A stretch of 64,000 nucleotides of DNA from Deferrisomatales bacterium (GTDB taxonomy: Bacteria; Desulfobacterota; Deferrisomatia; Deferrisomatales; JACRMM01), in contig JAWSUI010000006.1 of assembly GCA_033551855.1 (NCBI GenBank), positions 43,189 through 107,188 on the forward strand, written 5' to 3'. Positions 9,901-18,781 of the stretch are shown piece after piece. The notes beneath the pieces were generated by a model. That model worked only from the letters and a program-made list of their open reading frames with translations, was not told the origin of the DNA and searched no databases. The number at the start of each line of letters is the position of its first letter. Positions within the stretch are counted from its first letter, which is position 1. Position numbers and translations under genes: made by a program.

Positions 9901-12900
9901 CCGGTCTCTCGGGAGAGACGTGCTGCCGGGCTTCGAACACACCGGGCCCCCCGGGGGGGGGTCCGATCGTGGGGCCCTGTCTGCCTGCAGAGTGGGAAAC
10001 GAGCCTCGGTTCCCGTGGAACCTCCAGGTGCCCTCGAGCGAAGAGCCGGGCAAGGGCGGTCCGGTAGGTCGGGGCCTCTGCGGCGGGAAGGCACGTCTGG
10101 ATGCATTCCGGTTCCGCAAGCGTGTCGGTGATGAGGTCGCTCAGGGTATCGCCGGGGCCCACTTCCACGAAGAGCCGGACTCCGTAATCGTTCCAGAGGG
10201 CCCGGACGTTGCTCATCCAGTGGACGGTGGACTCCAGGTGGGCCATGAGAATGCGCCGGATCTCGGTGGGATCGGATGGATAGGGCGCCATGGTCGTGTT
10301 GGAGAGGACGGGAATCTGCGGGGCATGAAAGGGGATGGAGGAAACGTAGGCCTCGAGCTCCTCGTGGATGACCCGCATGATGGGGGAGTGGAAGGCCATG
10401 CTGACCCGCAGGAGGGTAAAACGGTATCCCCCCTCCTTCAGTTCCACGCCCAGAGCCCGGATGGCGTCGGTCTTGCCGCTCAGGACGACCTGTCGGGGTG
10501 CGTTGATATTGCCGATGTGGACGTCGCTCCGGCCCCGGAGCATCTCCTGCAGCAGCTCCAGGGGGGCGTCCGTGGCCGCCATGACCCCGGGGTCCCCGTG
10601 CAGGGCACCGGCCTTGTCCATGCAGATGGCCCGCTTGTTCACGATCCGAAAGCCGTCCTCCACGCAATAGACGCCGGCCAGGCACAGGGCGGTCAGCTCG
10701 CCCAGGCTGTGGCCGGCCATGGCCACGGGGCGAACGCCGAGGGCGAGGAGGTGTCGCGCCAGGGCGTGCTCCACGGCGAAGAGGGCGGGTTGTTGCCACC
10801 GGGTCTCTTGCAGGTCCCCCTCGCGATCGCGGAACAGGAGGTCGAGGAGGTCGAAGTCCGCGGCCGCTGCCGCCCGATCCATCCACTCCCGGATGACGGA
10901 AGAGGACTCGTAGAGGTCCCGCCCCATTCCCGCGTACTGTGACCCCTGCCCCGGAAACACCAGGGCGAGCGGCAAGGCCGGAGCGTCGTCGCGGCCTAGG
11001 AAGATCCCCTGCCGGGCCAGGGACCGCGCCGCCTTGGGTGAAGCGACGGCGGCTTCGGCAAGGGCGGCGGGGCTCCCGATGGCGGAGAGCGCGTCCTCTT
11101 CGGATGGCGCCACGACCCCAATCCGGAAGTTGCGACCGCCCAGCTGGTCCCGCAAGAAGGAAACACCCGGGAGCACGGAACGGCCGCCCGTCCCCTCCGT
11201 GAGATTCGGGCTGCTGCCGGGTGAGACCAGGATCGTCCCCGCCGGATCCAGGTCCTCTTCCACCTGCACGACGTAGTTGGAACCCCCGAACCCGAAGGCG
11301 TTGACCTGAAGCCTCCGGGGCCGGCCGTCCCTGCGCTTCCAGTCGAGCGGCTCCCGGGGGAGGAGGAGCCCGGAGCCTTCCAGGGCGATGTCCGGGTCCG
11401 GGTGCTCGTAGTTGAGGGTGGGCGGAAAGACCCCCGCGTTCATCGCGCTGACGCCCCGAATGAGGCTGTTGAGGCCCGAGGCGCCCAGGGTGTGTCCGAT
11501 CTGGGATTTGAACGAGGAGATCACGGTGCGCCGGGAGGAGGGGAAGAAGGTCTTGAGGGCGCGGATCTCCTCCACGTCCCCCTGCCGGGTGCTCGTCCCG
11601 TGGCATTCCACCAGGTCCACGGCGTCGGGCCCATAGGGCGTGTCGCGAAACGAGGTGCGCATGGCGAGGGCCTGGGTGGCGCTGGAGGACTCCACCATCC
11701 CGCGGTGGTTGTTGCTCGCTCCCAGGCCGGTAATCACCACGTGGACCGGCGCCCCTCGCGCGCGCGCCACGCTTTCCCGCTCGATGACGATCATGCCCCC
11801 GCCCTCGCCGAGGACCATCCCGTCTCTCTCGGCATCGAACGGCCGGGAGGCCTCCCGGGGGGGTCTCTCCCGCCCCGACAGCCCGTACAGCGCACCCAGG
11901 GCGGAAAACTCCAGGAAATGCAGGTGGGTGAGGGGTTCCTCGCCGCCCCCGACGATCGCCGCGTCGATGATGCCGTTTCGGATCATCTGGACGGCGCTGT
12001 GGAGTGCGACCAGCGAGGTGGCGCAGGCGGCGGAGACGGAGTAGCTGGGCCCCATGAACCCGTACCGGTTGCAGACGAAGCCGCCCGCTGCGCAGTTGAG
12101 TCTGCCCAGCAGGGTGGTGTCGTCCGGAGCCATGCGCCCGGACTTCACCTGCCGTTCGATGGCCCTCAACTGCTCCGGCGTGAGGGGAACGGCCTTCCGG
12201 ATGTCGGCGAGGATGTCGTGAACGTACGCCCGGATGTGCAGGTCGGTGAGGGGACCCGCCGCCTCTCCCGAGTTCTGGGAGATGAGGACTCCGATGCGCT
12301 CGCGGGGGATGCCCGACTCCAGGATGCCCGACGCCCGGATGGCCCCGTCCGCCAGCCACAGGGTGAGCCTGGTGGCTTCGGTCATGGTCCGGAAGTCGTG
12401 GGGAGGGATGCCGAGCCCGTTGCGGGAGACCCGGAAGTCCACGAAGGCCCCCACCTTGCAGTAGGTCTTGTCCGGGGCGTAAGGCTGGGGATCGTAGAAG
12501 CGTTCGTGATCCCACCGCGAAGGCGGAACCGGCGTGATCCCGCTTTGCAGAGCGAGGCTTGCCGCCCACACCTCTTCGGGGCTCTTCCCCAGGGCATTGA
12601 CGAGGCTCATCCCGGTGACGACGACCCGTTCGCGATCGCCCCGGGTGGGGGCGCCCCCCCCTTGCGATGTCCAGTGGCCGACCGCGGGGGATGGAACGCC
12701 TCTCGATCGCGAGGCGTCGGGGGGAGGTTCCGAGAGGCCCGCGTTGGACCCCAGGAACGGCTGGTGCAGCACGAGCGGGCTTTCGGCCAGCTCGCGGTGA
12801 AACGACTCCAGATCCCGGGCCTCTCGGAGGAGGCCGGCGCAGGCCCCGCTCAGGAAGCGCCCGCGCTCCAGGCAGGCCTCCTCATCCAGGGGTGTCCCCC

Positions 12901-14797
12901 CCGGCCGGTCCAGGCCCCGGGCCGCGGTGAAGAGGCTCCCCGCCGTCATCTCCTCGGTCTGGGTCCGGAAGGAACGCTCGTCTTGGCGGCCTGCTGCAAA
13001 CTCCCTCTCCAGGGACAAAATGGCAGCGACGCGCGGAGTCCCCAAAGATCGCACCCGAAGCCCGGTGGCCTGGCCCGAGACGACGGTTCCCCCGAGGGGC
13101 GACTCCAGGATCAGTCGCTGATAGAGCGCGGTCAACGCGCCGGTCTCGATCATCTCCCGGCTGGTGAGATAGGCGGTGCCCATCTGGACGGCGTCGGCGC
13201 CGAGCATGGCGGCGATGAAGGCGGTCTCCCGGTTGAAGATCCCTCCTGCGAGGATCACGCGGCAGCCTTGGAACAGGGATGGCTTGCGCCGCTTCAGCTC
13301 CAGCACCATCTGAGCGAGGGTGAGGGTGCTGTGTGGCCCCACGTGGCCGCCCGCCTCGTAGCCCTCGCAGACCACCCACCGGACGCCCGCCTCGAGGGCC
13401 AGCGTCAACAGCGCCTCGTCGGGAGCGATGTACACGACCGCCAGACCGAGCTCGAGCAGCTCCTTGACGGGGGAGAGGTCACCGCCCGCGACCCAGACGA
13501 GACGGGGCCTGTGTTTCTTGATCCAGGCCAGGTGCGTCTCCCGGCAACGGTTCTCTGCCAGGGCGATGACATTCACGGCGTAAGGGCGCCCTTCCATGGC
13601 CTCCTGCAGCCGTCCGAGCCTCCGGTCCAGGGCCTCCTCGTCCATCAGGCCCAGGGCGATGGTGGGCAGTCCACCGGCAGCGGCAACCCTTGCGGCCAGC
13701 TCGGGGACATCGGTGATGGACGCCATGGCGCCCTGGATGAAGGGGTACCTGGTTCCCAGCTCCCTGGCGACGGGGCTGCGCAAGAAACCATCCCTCTTGG
13801 CGTCAGCCAAGCGGCAGCAAGACCGAATCTCTTCGATGAAGGCCCCTACGGCCCCCTCGGTTCCAGACCCGAAACGCTCCACGAACGACGCCGCAAAGGC
13901 AGCCTCCACCGCCAGTGGGATGACCTCGTCCGGGGCGAAACGGCTCTCCAGGGGGTGAACGGCCCTGCCGTGTACCTGACTCGAGAACGACCGCCGGCTT
14001 TCCTCCGTGACCCCTGCCCTGCACAGCGAGCTCTCGAGCGCCCTGAGCTCCTGGAACGCCAAGGAGTTCCCCTTGTTGAACAGGCGCCAGGGCGTTCGCA
14101 GCTCCAGCCCCACCAGCTCCGTGGAGTCCAACCGGAGGTTGGCGAGCTGCCGGCGCTGGTGCGAATCCACCGCAACCAGGTCCGTCAGCCAGTGGACGCT
14201 CTCGAAGACGATTCCGGCAGCCCCCGTGGACAGGAAGGCCGCGGCCGCCTCAGGAGTGGAGACGCCTCCCCACACAAGGATGTCCGGCACGTTCGAGGAG
14301 CTGCCCCGCATCTCCTTGGCCGCGGAATAGAGCGTCAAGGTCGTCTCGGCACCGACCAACCCAGAGGCCTCGCAACCCTTCAGGACGACGCGCTCGATGC
14401 TTGGGTGATCGTTGATGATGTCCGCCAGGAGAGCCGCGTCACCGATAATCGGGAAGCAATGGCGGCTCGCCGACAACTCCTCCCATCTCCGAAAAACGCT
14501 GGAAGGGTCTCCGGCAAACAGGGATGGGTGAAGCTCCACCCAAATGTTCTTGACCCCGGTTCCCTCGAGGGCCTGGTGCAACGATGGGTCAAGAAACGTA
14601 GTGGCAGAAATCTTGACGTCGAGAACCTTGTCGGAGGAGTCCGATGTTCGAAACAAAGAACATAGCGCGTCGACAGCCATCGTAGAGCAGTCAAATACTG
14701 CCCTGCTTCCTGTTCTTCGGGCCATTTCGATCACCTCTTGCGTGATCTCTTTTGGCCTCCAGACGAAACTGATGAAAGAATCAAAGTGCTGGGCCAC
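6992..14797 (-). CDS. Iterative type I PKS/FAS-like megasynthase: degenerate FabK/NPD barrel - FabK/NPD FMN enoyl-reductase - KS - AT - ACP - KR - DH; no TE
   Basis: FabK motifs PFIQGAM, EGYEAGGH, AGGI, GADAVQMGT; KS triad SAACATS, ECHGTST, KSQIGH; AT FPGQGSQY, GHSLGE, MAFHS; ACP ATGY...DLSIRSSR; KR GGASGIG, GQTNYAAAN; C-terminal DH LADHRP...P and LLEALMQ. Confidence 0.93.
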   Translation of the reverse strand: MAQHFDSFISFVWRPKEITQEVIEMARRTGSRAVFDCSTMAVDALCSLFRTSDSSDKVLDVKISATTFLDPSLHQALEGTGVKNIWVELHPSLFAGDPSSVFRRWEELSASRHCFPIIGDAALLADIINDHPSIERVVLKGCEASGLVGAETTLTLYSAAKEMRGSSSNVPDILVWGGVSTPEAAAAFLSTGAAGIVFESVHWLTDLVAVDSHQRRQLANLRLDSTELVGLELRTPWRLFNKGNSLAFQELRALESSLCRAGVTEESRRSFSSQVHGRAVHPLESRFAPDEVIPLAVEAAFAASFVERFGSGTEGAVGAFIEEIRSCCRLADAKRDGFLRSPVARELGTRYPFIQGAMASITDVPELAARVAAAGGLPTIALGLMDEEALDRRLGRLQEAMEGRPYAVNVIALAENRCRETHLAWIKKHRPRLVWVAGGDLSPVKELLELGLAVVYIAPDEALLTLALEAGVRWVVCEGYEAGGHVGPHSTLTLAQMVLELKRRKPSLFQGCRVILAGGIFNRETAFIAAMLGADAVQMGTAYLTSREMIETGALTALYQRLILESPLGGTVVSGQATGLRVRSLGTPRVAAILSLEREFAAGRQDERSFRTQTEEMTAGSLFTAARGLDRPGGTPLDEEACLERGRFLSGACAGLLREARDLESFHRELAESPLVLHQPFLGSNAGLSEPPPDASRSRGVPSPAVGHWTSQGGGAPTRGDRERVVVTGMSLVNALGKSPEEVWAASLALQSGITPVPPSRWDHERFYDPQPYAPDKTYCKVGAFVDFRVSRNGLGIPPHDFRTMTEATRLTLWLADGAIRASGILESGIPRERIGVLISQNSGEAAGPLTDLHIRAYVHDILADIRKAVPLTPEQLRAIERQVKSGRMAPDDTTLLGRLNCAAGGFVCNRYGFMGPSYSVSAACATSLVALHSAVQMIRNGIIDAAIVGGGEEPLTHLHFLEFSALGALYGLSGRERPPREASRPFDAERDGMVLGEGGGMIVIERESVARARGAPVHVVITGLGASNNHRGMVESSSATQALAMRTSFRDTPYGPDAVDLVECHGTSTRQGDVEEIRALKTFFPSSRRTVISSFKSQIGHTLGASGLNSLIRGVSAMNAGVFPPTLNYEHPDPDIALEGSGLLLPREPLDWKRRDGRPRRLQVNAFGFGGSNYVVQVEEDLDPAGTILVSPGSSPNLTEGTGGRSVLPGVSFLRDQLGGRNFRIGVVAPSEEDALSAIGSPAALAEAAVASPKAARSLARQGIFLGRDDAPALPLALVFPGQGSQYAGMGRDLYESSSVIREWMDRAAAAADFDLLDLLFRDREGDLQETRWQQPALFAVEHALARHLLALGVRPVAMAGHSLGELTALCLAGVYCVEDGFRIVNKRAICMDKAGALHGDPGVMAATDAPLELLQEMLRGRSDVHIGNINAPRQVVLSGKTDAIRALGVELKEGGYRFTLLRVSMAFHSPIMRVIHEELEAYVSSIPFHAPQIPVLSNTTMAPYPSDPTEIRRILMAHLESTVHWMSNVRALWNDYGVRLFVEVGPGDTLSDLITDTLAEPECIQTCLPAAEAPTYRTALARLFARGHLEVPREPRLVSHSAGRQGPTIGPPPGGPGVFEARQHVSPERPAAPPLDVAPAIPEPAAPLPAEAPEAQGLMERLIRIIMDATGYTREEIQPEMDLRRDLSIRSSRLPIIMDAAERLFGITIELEDFIEVRTVQDIADRISEIIGRQGGPGEGPAARAADPGAAPGAVPEPGPEEGDRANGVEDACLKRCVFTLAPVEPAASAPLALSPGDAVVLLSPDREDALARSADELLRKGTGVETVPLPYLPEHGGPGEEGPDLRTAAGVARLSERIAGLASRAGLVITLPRGRPQGLADMAEVARLLAGLFQLVQAFLQPPARKFVVLIHDTREEPDTPGRLLAEGLLGLFLSAAQEQPSTQFRTLEVDRDTDLPPALRAALDRGCPAVELVHREGGLLTSRAQAVPAVFGGAPSLELSPGDVVILSGGASGIGARLARGLAPFAPRLVLLGRTPPGPGPGPRPLESRPGSSSPPSAPEGSHAREIAQTLADLRASGIEATYLTCDVTDPEAVRAALGEVVERFGRIDGIIHGAGVLRDGLLADLTPEELSLVADVKFLGAWNLFTAAAGAGLRFFVGLSSVAAIQGNPGQTNYAAANRMMSALLPYLRAKNPAIHFKALMLPPIEGTGMAEDPEVRHALRRRGVAYIHVQELVALFCRELFVAPAEDVRVLFLRALPAVKAAPLGDFGRPPLRGRLDGGPVALSDRDFPLIDGISRLDLRRGHLEATRTFFDAHDLWLADHRPLKSLAHPLVSAAMMVETFLEAARILYPHLPVRGVRQVRFLDTISCPAGVSRPARISCRRVGAEPGAVVCEVSLSAQELSPTGRLPTRRLDERFTPYCTGQVVLGGGPAELAEWLQDFPVRPEELRTPPVPHGELLQWYERRTGLQGRYRVLEVLDGAGPRTVRGRTVYRETGDFAQLPAACYQYSPYLLEALMQLAGFHGPAMDPQDRRSMLPVGIGEMRFPRLCRPGEPITLEARLRAPAEDSLTWDARGVDAQGHTLMQVRTLRLQRASP

Positions 14798-14896
14798 TAG
14801 GTCACAACTCCAATGAGAAAGCGGTCATTGTCCAGTTGACGACGATGCGCCAGTTGGTTCCGTGCCACCCGATTCGGCGGGCCAACATTACGCGGG

Positions 14897-15742
14897 TCAC
14901 TTCTTCAAAGCAAGATACCATTCGGTCGCATCGCTCCCGATGCCAAGCTCGACAAGGTGGCGCAGGTCCGTTTCCAGAACCTCGGGAGTGCTGTACTCCA
15001 GAATGCGGTATTTCGGATCCGTCCAGACGCGCCGCCTCTGACCCCAGATGCTCACTTCCCGCGGCCCGGTGAGGCGAATGCGGTGGATCAGGTGGATTCC
15101 GGCCAGCGCCGCAACTTCGATCACCATATCGGTGCAGTTGTTGGCCGTCACGCCGAACTGGTCGTACTTCCTTTGCATCACGTATTCATGGATCCGTTGA
15201 TGCCGCCGTCGGGTGATCGGCATGCGCCAGACGAACGTGGGGGGACGATTGGGCCTGCCGGTCTGGAACGTGCCGTCGGACCTCGTCTGCCACAGGTACG
15301 CGATCGCATCGGGATGGCCCTCGCGGGTTCGCTGGAACACACCATCATGGTACCGCGGCCCAACGAGCCCCAGGTCGCCGGTGTGGCCGAACTCCCAGCG
15401 ATTCTCGGGACTCTCCAAGATGAGCCAGCTATGCCCCCAGGGACGCTGCCAGATGGAGAAGAGCAGCGACCGCGTCGTGCTGTAGTCCCAACGGGCAGCT
15501 TCGTTCAGGACATGCAGGAAATACCCCTCGTCTCCGACCGGTGTGTATGTGGCGGGGTCCAGGTCGGCATCGGCGGTGAAACGGCGCACGATTCCGATCG
15601 GCTGGGCACTGTAGCCATCGGGTTGCATCGGAGCGAAGAGCCTGGGGGTTCCGCCGGCACATCGGAGGGCAACCCCCGCCAGCCATCTCATCGCTGCTTG
15701 GACAGGCCCTCGATACCCTTCTTTGCTCGCCGTTTTCGTCAT
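14897..15742 (-). CDS. Hypothetical protein with permuted papain-like His...Cys motifs
   Basis: 281-aa ORF with ATGA overlap to the upstream gene; WGHSW and YDQFGVTANNCTD motifs. Confidence 0.65.
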   Translation of the reverse strand: MTKTASKEGYRGPVQAAMRWLAGVALRCAGGTPRLFAPMQPDGYSAQPIGIVRRFTADADLDPATYTPVGDEGYFLHVLNEAARWDYSTTRSLLFSIWQRPWGHSWLILESPENRWEFGHTGDLGLVGPRYHDGVFQRTREGHPDAIAYLWQTRSDGTFQTGRPNRPPTFVWRMPITRRRHQRIHEYVMQRKYDQFGVTANNCTDMVIEVAALAGIHLIHRIRLTGPREVSIWGQRRRVWTDPKYRILEYSTPEVLETDLRHLVELGIGSDATEWYLALKK

Positions 15743-16860
15743 AGGGTTTTTCTGAAGATTCTATACTTCTTGTGTGGTCTTGCACCCGTTTCCTCGATCA
15801 AGGAGTTGATCGACTCGTTGTCCTCCAGGGTCCAGCCCATCTCCAGCTTTTCAAACTTCTTCTTTTCCCTGGCAATTTCATAGATGTGCCGGAAAGCCAA
15901 TATGGGAAACCCCAGTTGACGGTACTTCTCCTTGACCCCAAACATCAGCAACCTCAACCCGTTGATTTCCCGCCGGTAGAGGAGTGCCTTTGCAATGCCC
16001 AGCAGGCCGATCCGGCCGTTGAGGCGTTTGAGCAAGGGGTTGATGTCGGGAAAGATCACGCAGACCGCCGCTGGTTCCTCTTCATGGTGGATGAAGAACA
16101 CGAGATCCGGGTCCGCGAAGGGCTTCACGCTCTTCTGGATGTCCTTCATTTCGCGATCGCTCAAAGGGACAAAACCCCAATTCCCGGACCAGGACTCATT
16201 GTATATTTCCCGGATCAGGCCGAATTCTGCATCCCGATTCTCCGGGTCTACCTGCCGGATACGGACACCCTTCTTGTTGGCGACCTTTTCAGCAAGACGC
16301 TCCATCCAATCCGGCAGCCGGTACTCTCCTTCTATTTTGAAGGCCAACAGATCCTTTTCTTTGGTGAAACCGTAGGATTCGGCCAGCCGTTGGTAATACG
16401 GCGGGTTGTACGCCATCATCACGGCAGGCGGAACTTCGAAACCTTCGATGAGCAAGCCCGCTTCGTAATTCAACGAAGGGCTGAGCGGACCCCTCAGGAA
16501 CGTCATCCCCTTCTGCCGCGCCCAGGTCTCCACGGAAGAGTAGAGGGCCGCCGCGACCTCCGGGTCGTCCGTGCACTCGAAGAAACCCCAGATGGCCATC
16601 TTCTCGTCGTGGCACTCGTTCGAGCGACGGTCGATGATGCCGGCGATCCTTCCCACCGTCTTCGATCCGCGCCGGGCCAGAAAGAGGATGCGCTCGGAAA
16701 ACTCCCAGAAAGGGTGTGCATCGGGGGTCAACAGGCGGCGAACCTCTTTCCTTAGGGGGGGGACCCAATGGGGGAAGTCGGCATAGATCTTCCAAGGAAG
16801 GTCGATGAAGGCCTGCCAGTCCGATCGGGAGTCGACAGGAAGAATCTCTACGCCGGCCAT
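15739..16860 (-). CDS. GNAT-family acyl-CoA N-acyltransferase, bacterial ceramide synthase (bCerS)/YghO-like
   Basis: Start re-placed at ATG 16860. FIDLPWKIY..PHWVPPL, HPFW, VGRIAGI, GFFEC.DD, RGP.SPS.N.E.GLLIEGF, MAYNPPYY, WSGNWGFVP, PDIN, EMGWTLEDN are hallmarks of this family. Confidence 0.85.
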   Translation of the reverse strand: MAGVEILPVDSRSDWQAFIDLPWKIYADFPHWVPPLRKEVRRLLTPDAHPFWEFSERILFLARRGSKTVGRIAGIIDRRSNECHDEKMAIWGFFECTDDPEVAAALYSSVETWARQKGMTFLRGPLSPSLNYEAGLLIEGFEVPPAVMMAYNPPYYQRLAESYGFTKEKDLLAFKIEGEYRLPDWMERLAEKVANKKGVRIRQVDPENRDAEFGLIREIYNESWSGNWGFVPLSDREMKDIQKSVKPFADPDLVFFIHHEEEPAAVCVIFPDINPLLKRLNGRIGLLGIAKALLYRREINGLRLLMFGVKEKYRQLGFPILAFRHIYEIAREKKKFEKLEMGWTLEDNESINSLIEETGARPHKKYRIFRKTL

Positions 16861-17369
16861 GGTCGCTTCCCTCGATTTGCGGCAGCCCGGGGGCCCCGCG
16901 TTCGTCCGTGTGCCGTGTAGCTGCCAATCCCTGTAGGGGCGAAGTGCGGTTCTTCCGGAAAGGGCCCCCGTCCGCCTACGTGGTCGGGCCCACCCGATCG
17001 TCCCTGGGCACGAGCACCCAGTCATTTCCGGGATGATCCGAAATTCGTTTCTCTTCCAGACCGCCTGGGTAGTCCCGTTGTAGCGGCCTGGCCGCGACGC
17101 GGGACGAGGCCGGTAGAGTGGGCACGGCCCACCGGTTTCCGGTCGTGGCGGTGGTTGCTGAAATTCTTGAGCGCTGCATGCAGGAACGATACCGCCCAAT
17201 GGTGGTCCGTCAAATTTCGAAACCCGGAAGCCCACCGCCCCGCTGGCCCGTCACATGGTGCAGTTCCGTCACATGTGGCGACCGTGGCCGGGGCGGATTT
17301 CCTTGAAAGGCTTTCCGTTTTCCTTGCATTGGCGGTGCGTTACGTGTGCGGCGCGACTCAGGGCGCTGA

Positions 17370-17385
17370 CGGTCCATCGCTTGCA
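17370..17385 (+). promoter_or_regulatory. Putative sigma-54 -24/-12 promoter upstream of csbD
   Basis: CGGTCCATCGCTTGCA (GG-N10-GC); a 10-bp direct repeat CCGTCACATG at 17248 and 17266 lies upstream. Confidence 0.4.
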
Positions 17386-17570
17386 CACTCTCCCTAGCAG
17401 GGCAAGCCGGCGGTGGTGAGCCCTCCACGGGGCGCGCGGGGCGGAGAAAGGGTGGTGACCAGGGGATGGTTCGATGGAGAGCTTCACGATGGAGTGGAAC
17501 CGTGGATATCCGGAGAGGGTGGTTTTCTGGGCGGCTTCCGACGGAACGGCAGACGCGAAGGGAGGACACT

Positions 17571-17750
17571 ATGAAGTCGAGCATTCGCGACAAGACCGAG
17601 GGTACGTTTCACGAGGCGAAGGGGAAGGTGAAGGAGAAGACCGGGGAGCTCATTGACAACCCCGAGCTCGAGGCCGAAGGCACTGCGGAGAAGGTCGCAG
17701 GGAAGATCCAAAAGAAGGTCGGTGACGTCAAGGAGGATCTTGGGAAATAG
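17571..17750 (+). CDS. csbD: CsbD family general stress protein
   Basis: MKSSIRDKTEG...KGKVKEKTGEL.DNPELEAEG.AEK.AGKIQKKVG; GGAGG RBS. Confidence 0.92.
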   Translation: MKSSIRDKTEGTFHEAKGKVKEKTGELIDNPELEAEGTAEKVAGKIQKKVGDVKEDLGK

Positions 17751-17892
17751 GTGAAGCGCTACTTCTGCAAGTTGCCATTTTGTGTGGGCCGGCATTGCAG
17801 GCAACTGGGGGTGGCGAAGCTGGTAGCAGAGTGAGTTTCCGTGCACGCAGGGCGGAACAAGACAAGAAACCACAGAATTGAGGAATCGAGCC

Positions 17893-18648
17893 ATGAAGAC
17901 AGTTTATGCAGCATCTATCGTTGTGGCAGCGGTCGCGCTGCTGGTACTGGGCGGTCTCGCCCGCGCGTCGCAAATGGACACCGACATCGAGACCAGTGCG
18001 AAACAGTCGTATGTCTTCAAAACCTACCTAGAGGGGGATGACGTGAAGGTGCAGTCCAAGGACGGAGTCGTCACGTTGACCGGAACCGTCTCCGAGGAAT
18101 CCAGGAAGTCCTTGGCCGGGGAGACCGTGGCGGCGTTGCCGAATGTGAAGAAGGTGGAAAACAAGATTGAGGTCAAGGGAGAGAGCCCTGCCGAGCGGTC
18201 GGACGCATGGCTCAAGATGAAGGTGAAGACGTCCCTCTTCTTCCATCGCAGCGTGAGCGCCTCGACCGAGGTTGACGTCAACGACGGCGTCGTGACCCTG
18301 CGAGGCGAAGCCGACAGCCAGGCGGAAAAGGACCTTACTGCCGAGTACGCCAAGGATGTGGAAGGGGTCAAGAGCGTAAAGAATGAAATGACCGTGGCAA
18401 AGAAGACCCCCAAAGAGAAGCGGACGGTAGGGGACAAGATCGACGACGCGTCCATCACTGCCCTGGTCAAGACGGCGTTGCTCACGCACAAGTCGACCAG
18501 TGGCCTCAAGACGTCCGTCCAGACCAAGGATGGTGTGGTGACCCTGAGCGGAGAGGCCGCCAACGCAGCCGAGGTGGCCTTGGCCACCAAGCGGGCAAGC
18601 GACGTCAAGGGGGTGAAGTCCGTAGACAACCGGATGACCGTCAAGTAG
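17893..18648 (+). CDS. Periplasmic BON-domain protein (OsmY-like, three BON repeats)
   Basis: Signal peptide; three repeats of D....V....DGVVTL.G......A..V.GVK.V.N. Confidence 0.92.
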   Translation: MKTVYAASIVVAAVALLVLGGLARASQMDTDIETSAKQSYVFKTYLEGDDVKVQSKDGVVTLTGTVSEESRKSLAGETVAALPNVKKVENKIEVKGESPAERSDAWLKMKVKTSLFFHRSVSASTEVDVNDGVVTLRGEADSQAEKDLTAEYAKDVEGVKSVKNEMTVAKKTPKEKRTVGDKIDDASITALVKTALLTHKSTSGLKTSVQTKDGVVTLSGEAANAAEVALATKRASDVKGVKSVDNRMTVK

Positions 18649-18669
18649 TTCGGTCCCGGGCCGAGAATG

Positions 18670-18709
18670 CCAATGCCGGCTATTACGCGGCCCGAATAGC
18701 CGGCATTGG
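18670..18709. terminator. Perfect 15-bp intergenic stem-loop after the BON gene
   Basis: CCAATGCCGGCTATT-N10-AATAGCCGGCATTGG; no clear U-tract. Confidence 0.55.
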
Positions 18710-18736
18710 GCGGGGCAAACACACATGTTTTGCTAC

Positions 18737-18752
18737 TGGGCCAAAAAATGCG
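18737..18752 (+). promoter_or_regulatory. Putative sigma-54 promoter
   Basis: TGGGCCAAAAAATGCG (GG-N10-GC), 30 nt before ATG 18782. Confidence 0.35.
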
Positions 18753-18781
18753 GTGGTTTTCCAAGCCGGAAAGGCAACCTC

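Noticed and set aside
6851..14665. Very long plus-strand ORFs (1363 aa and 1087 aa) and an 1172-aa alternate-frame minus ORF
   Set aside because: Shadows of the GC-rich PKS gene; no motifs and Arg/Pro/Gly-biased composition.
6992..14797. Calling the PKS a PUFA synthase (pfa) or heterocyst glycolipid synthase
   Set aside because: Only one ACP, no KS-CLF partner gene and no FabA-type DH pair; related to these enzymes but not the same system.
16861..17235. 125-aa N-terminal extension of the bCerS-like ORF
   Set aside because: Family motifs begin at MAGVEILPV, with a GAGGGAAG RBS before ATG 16860.
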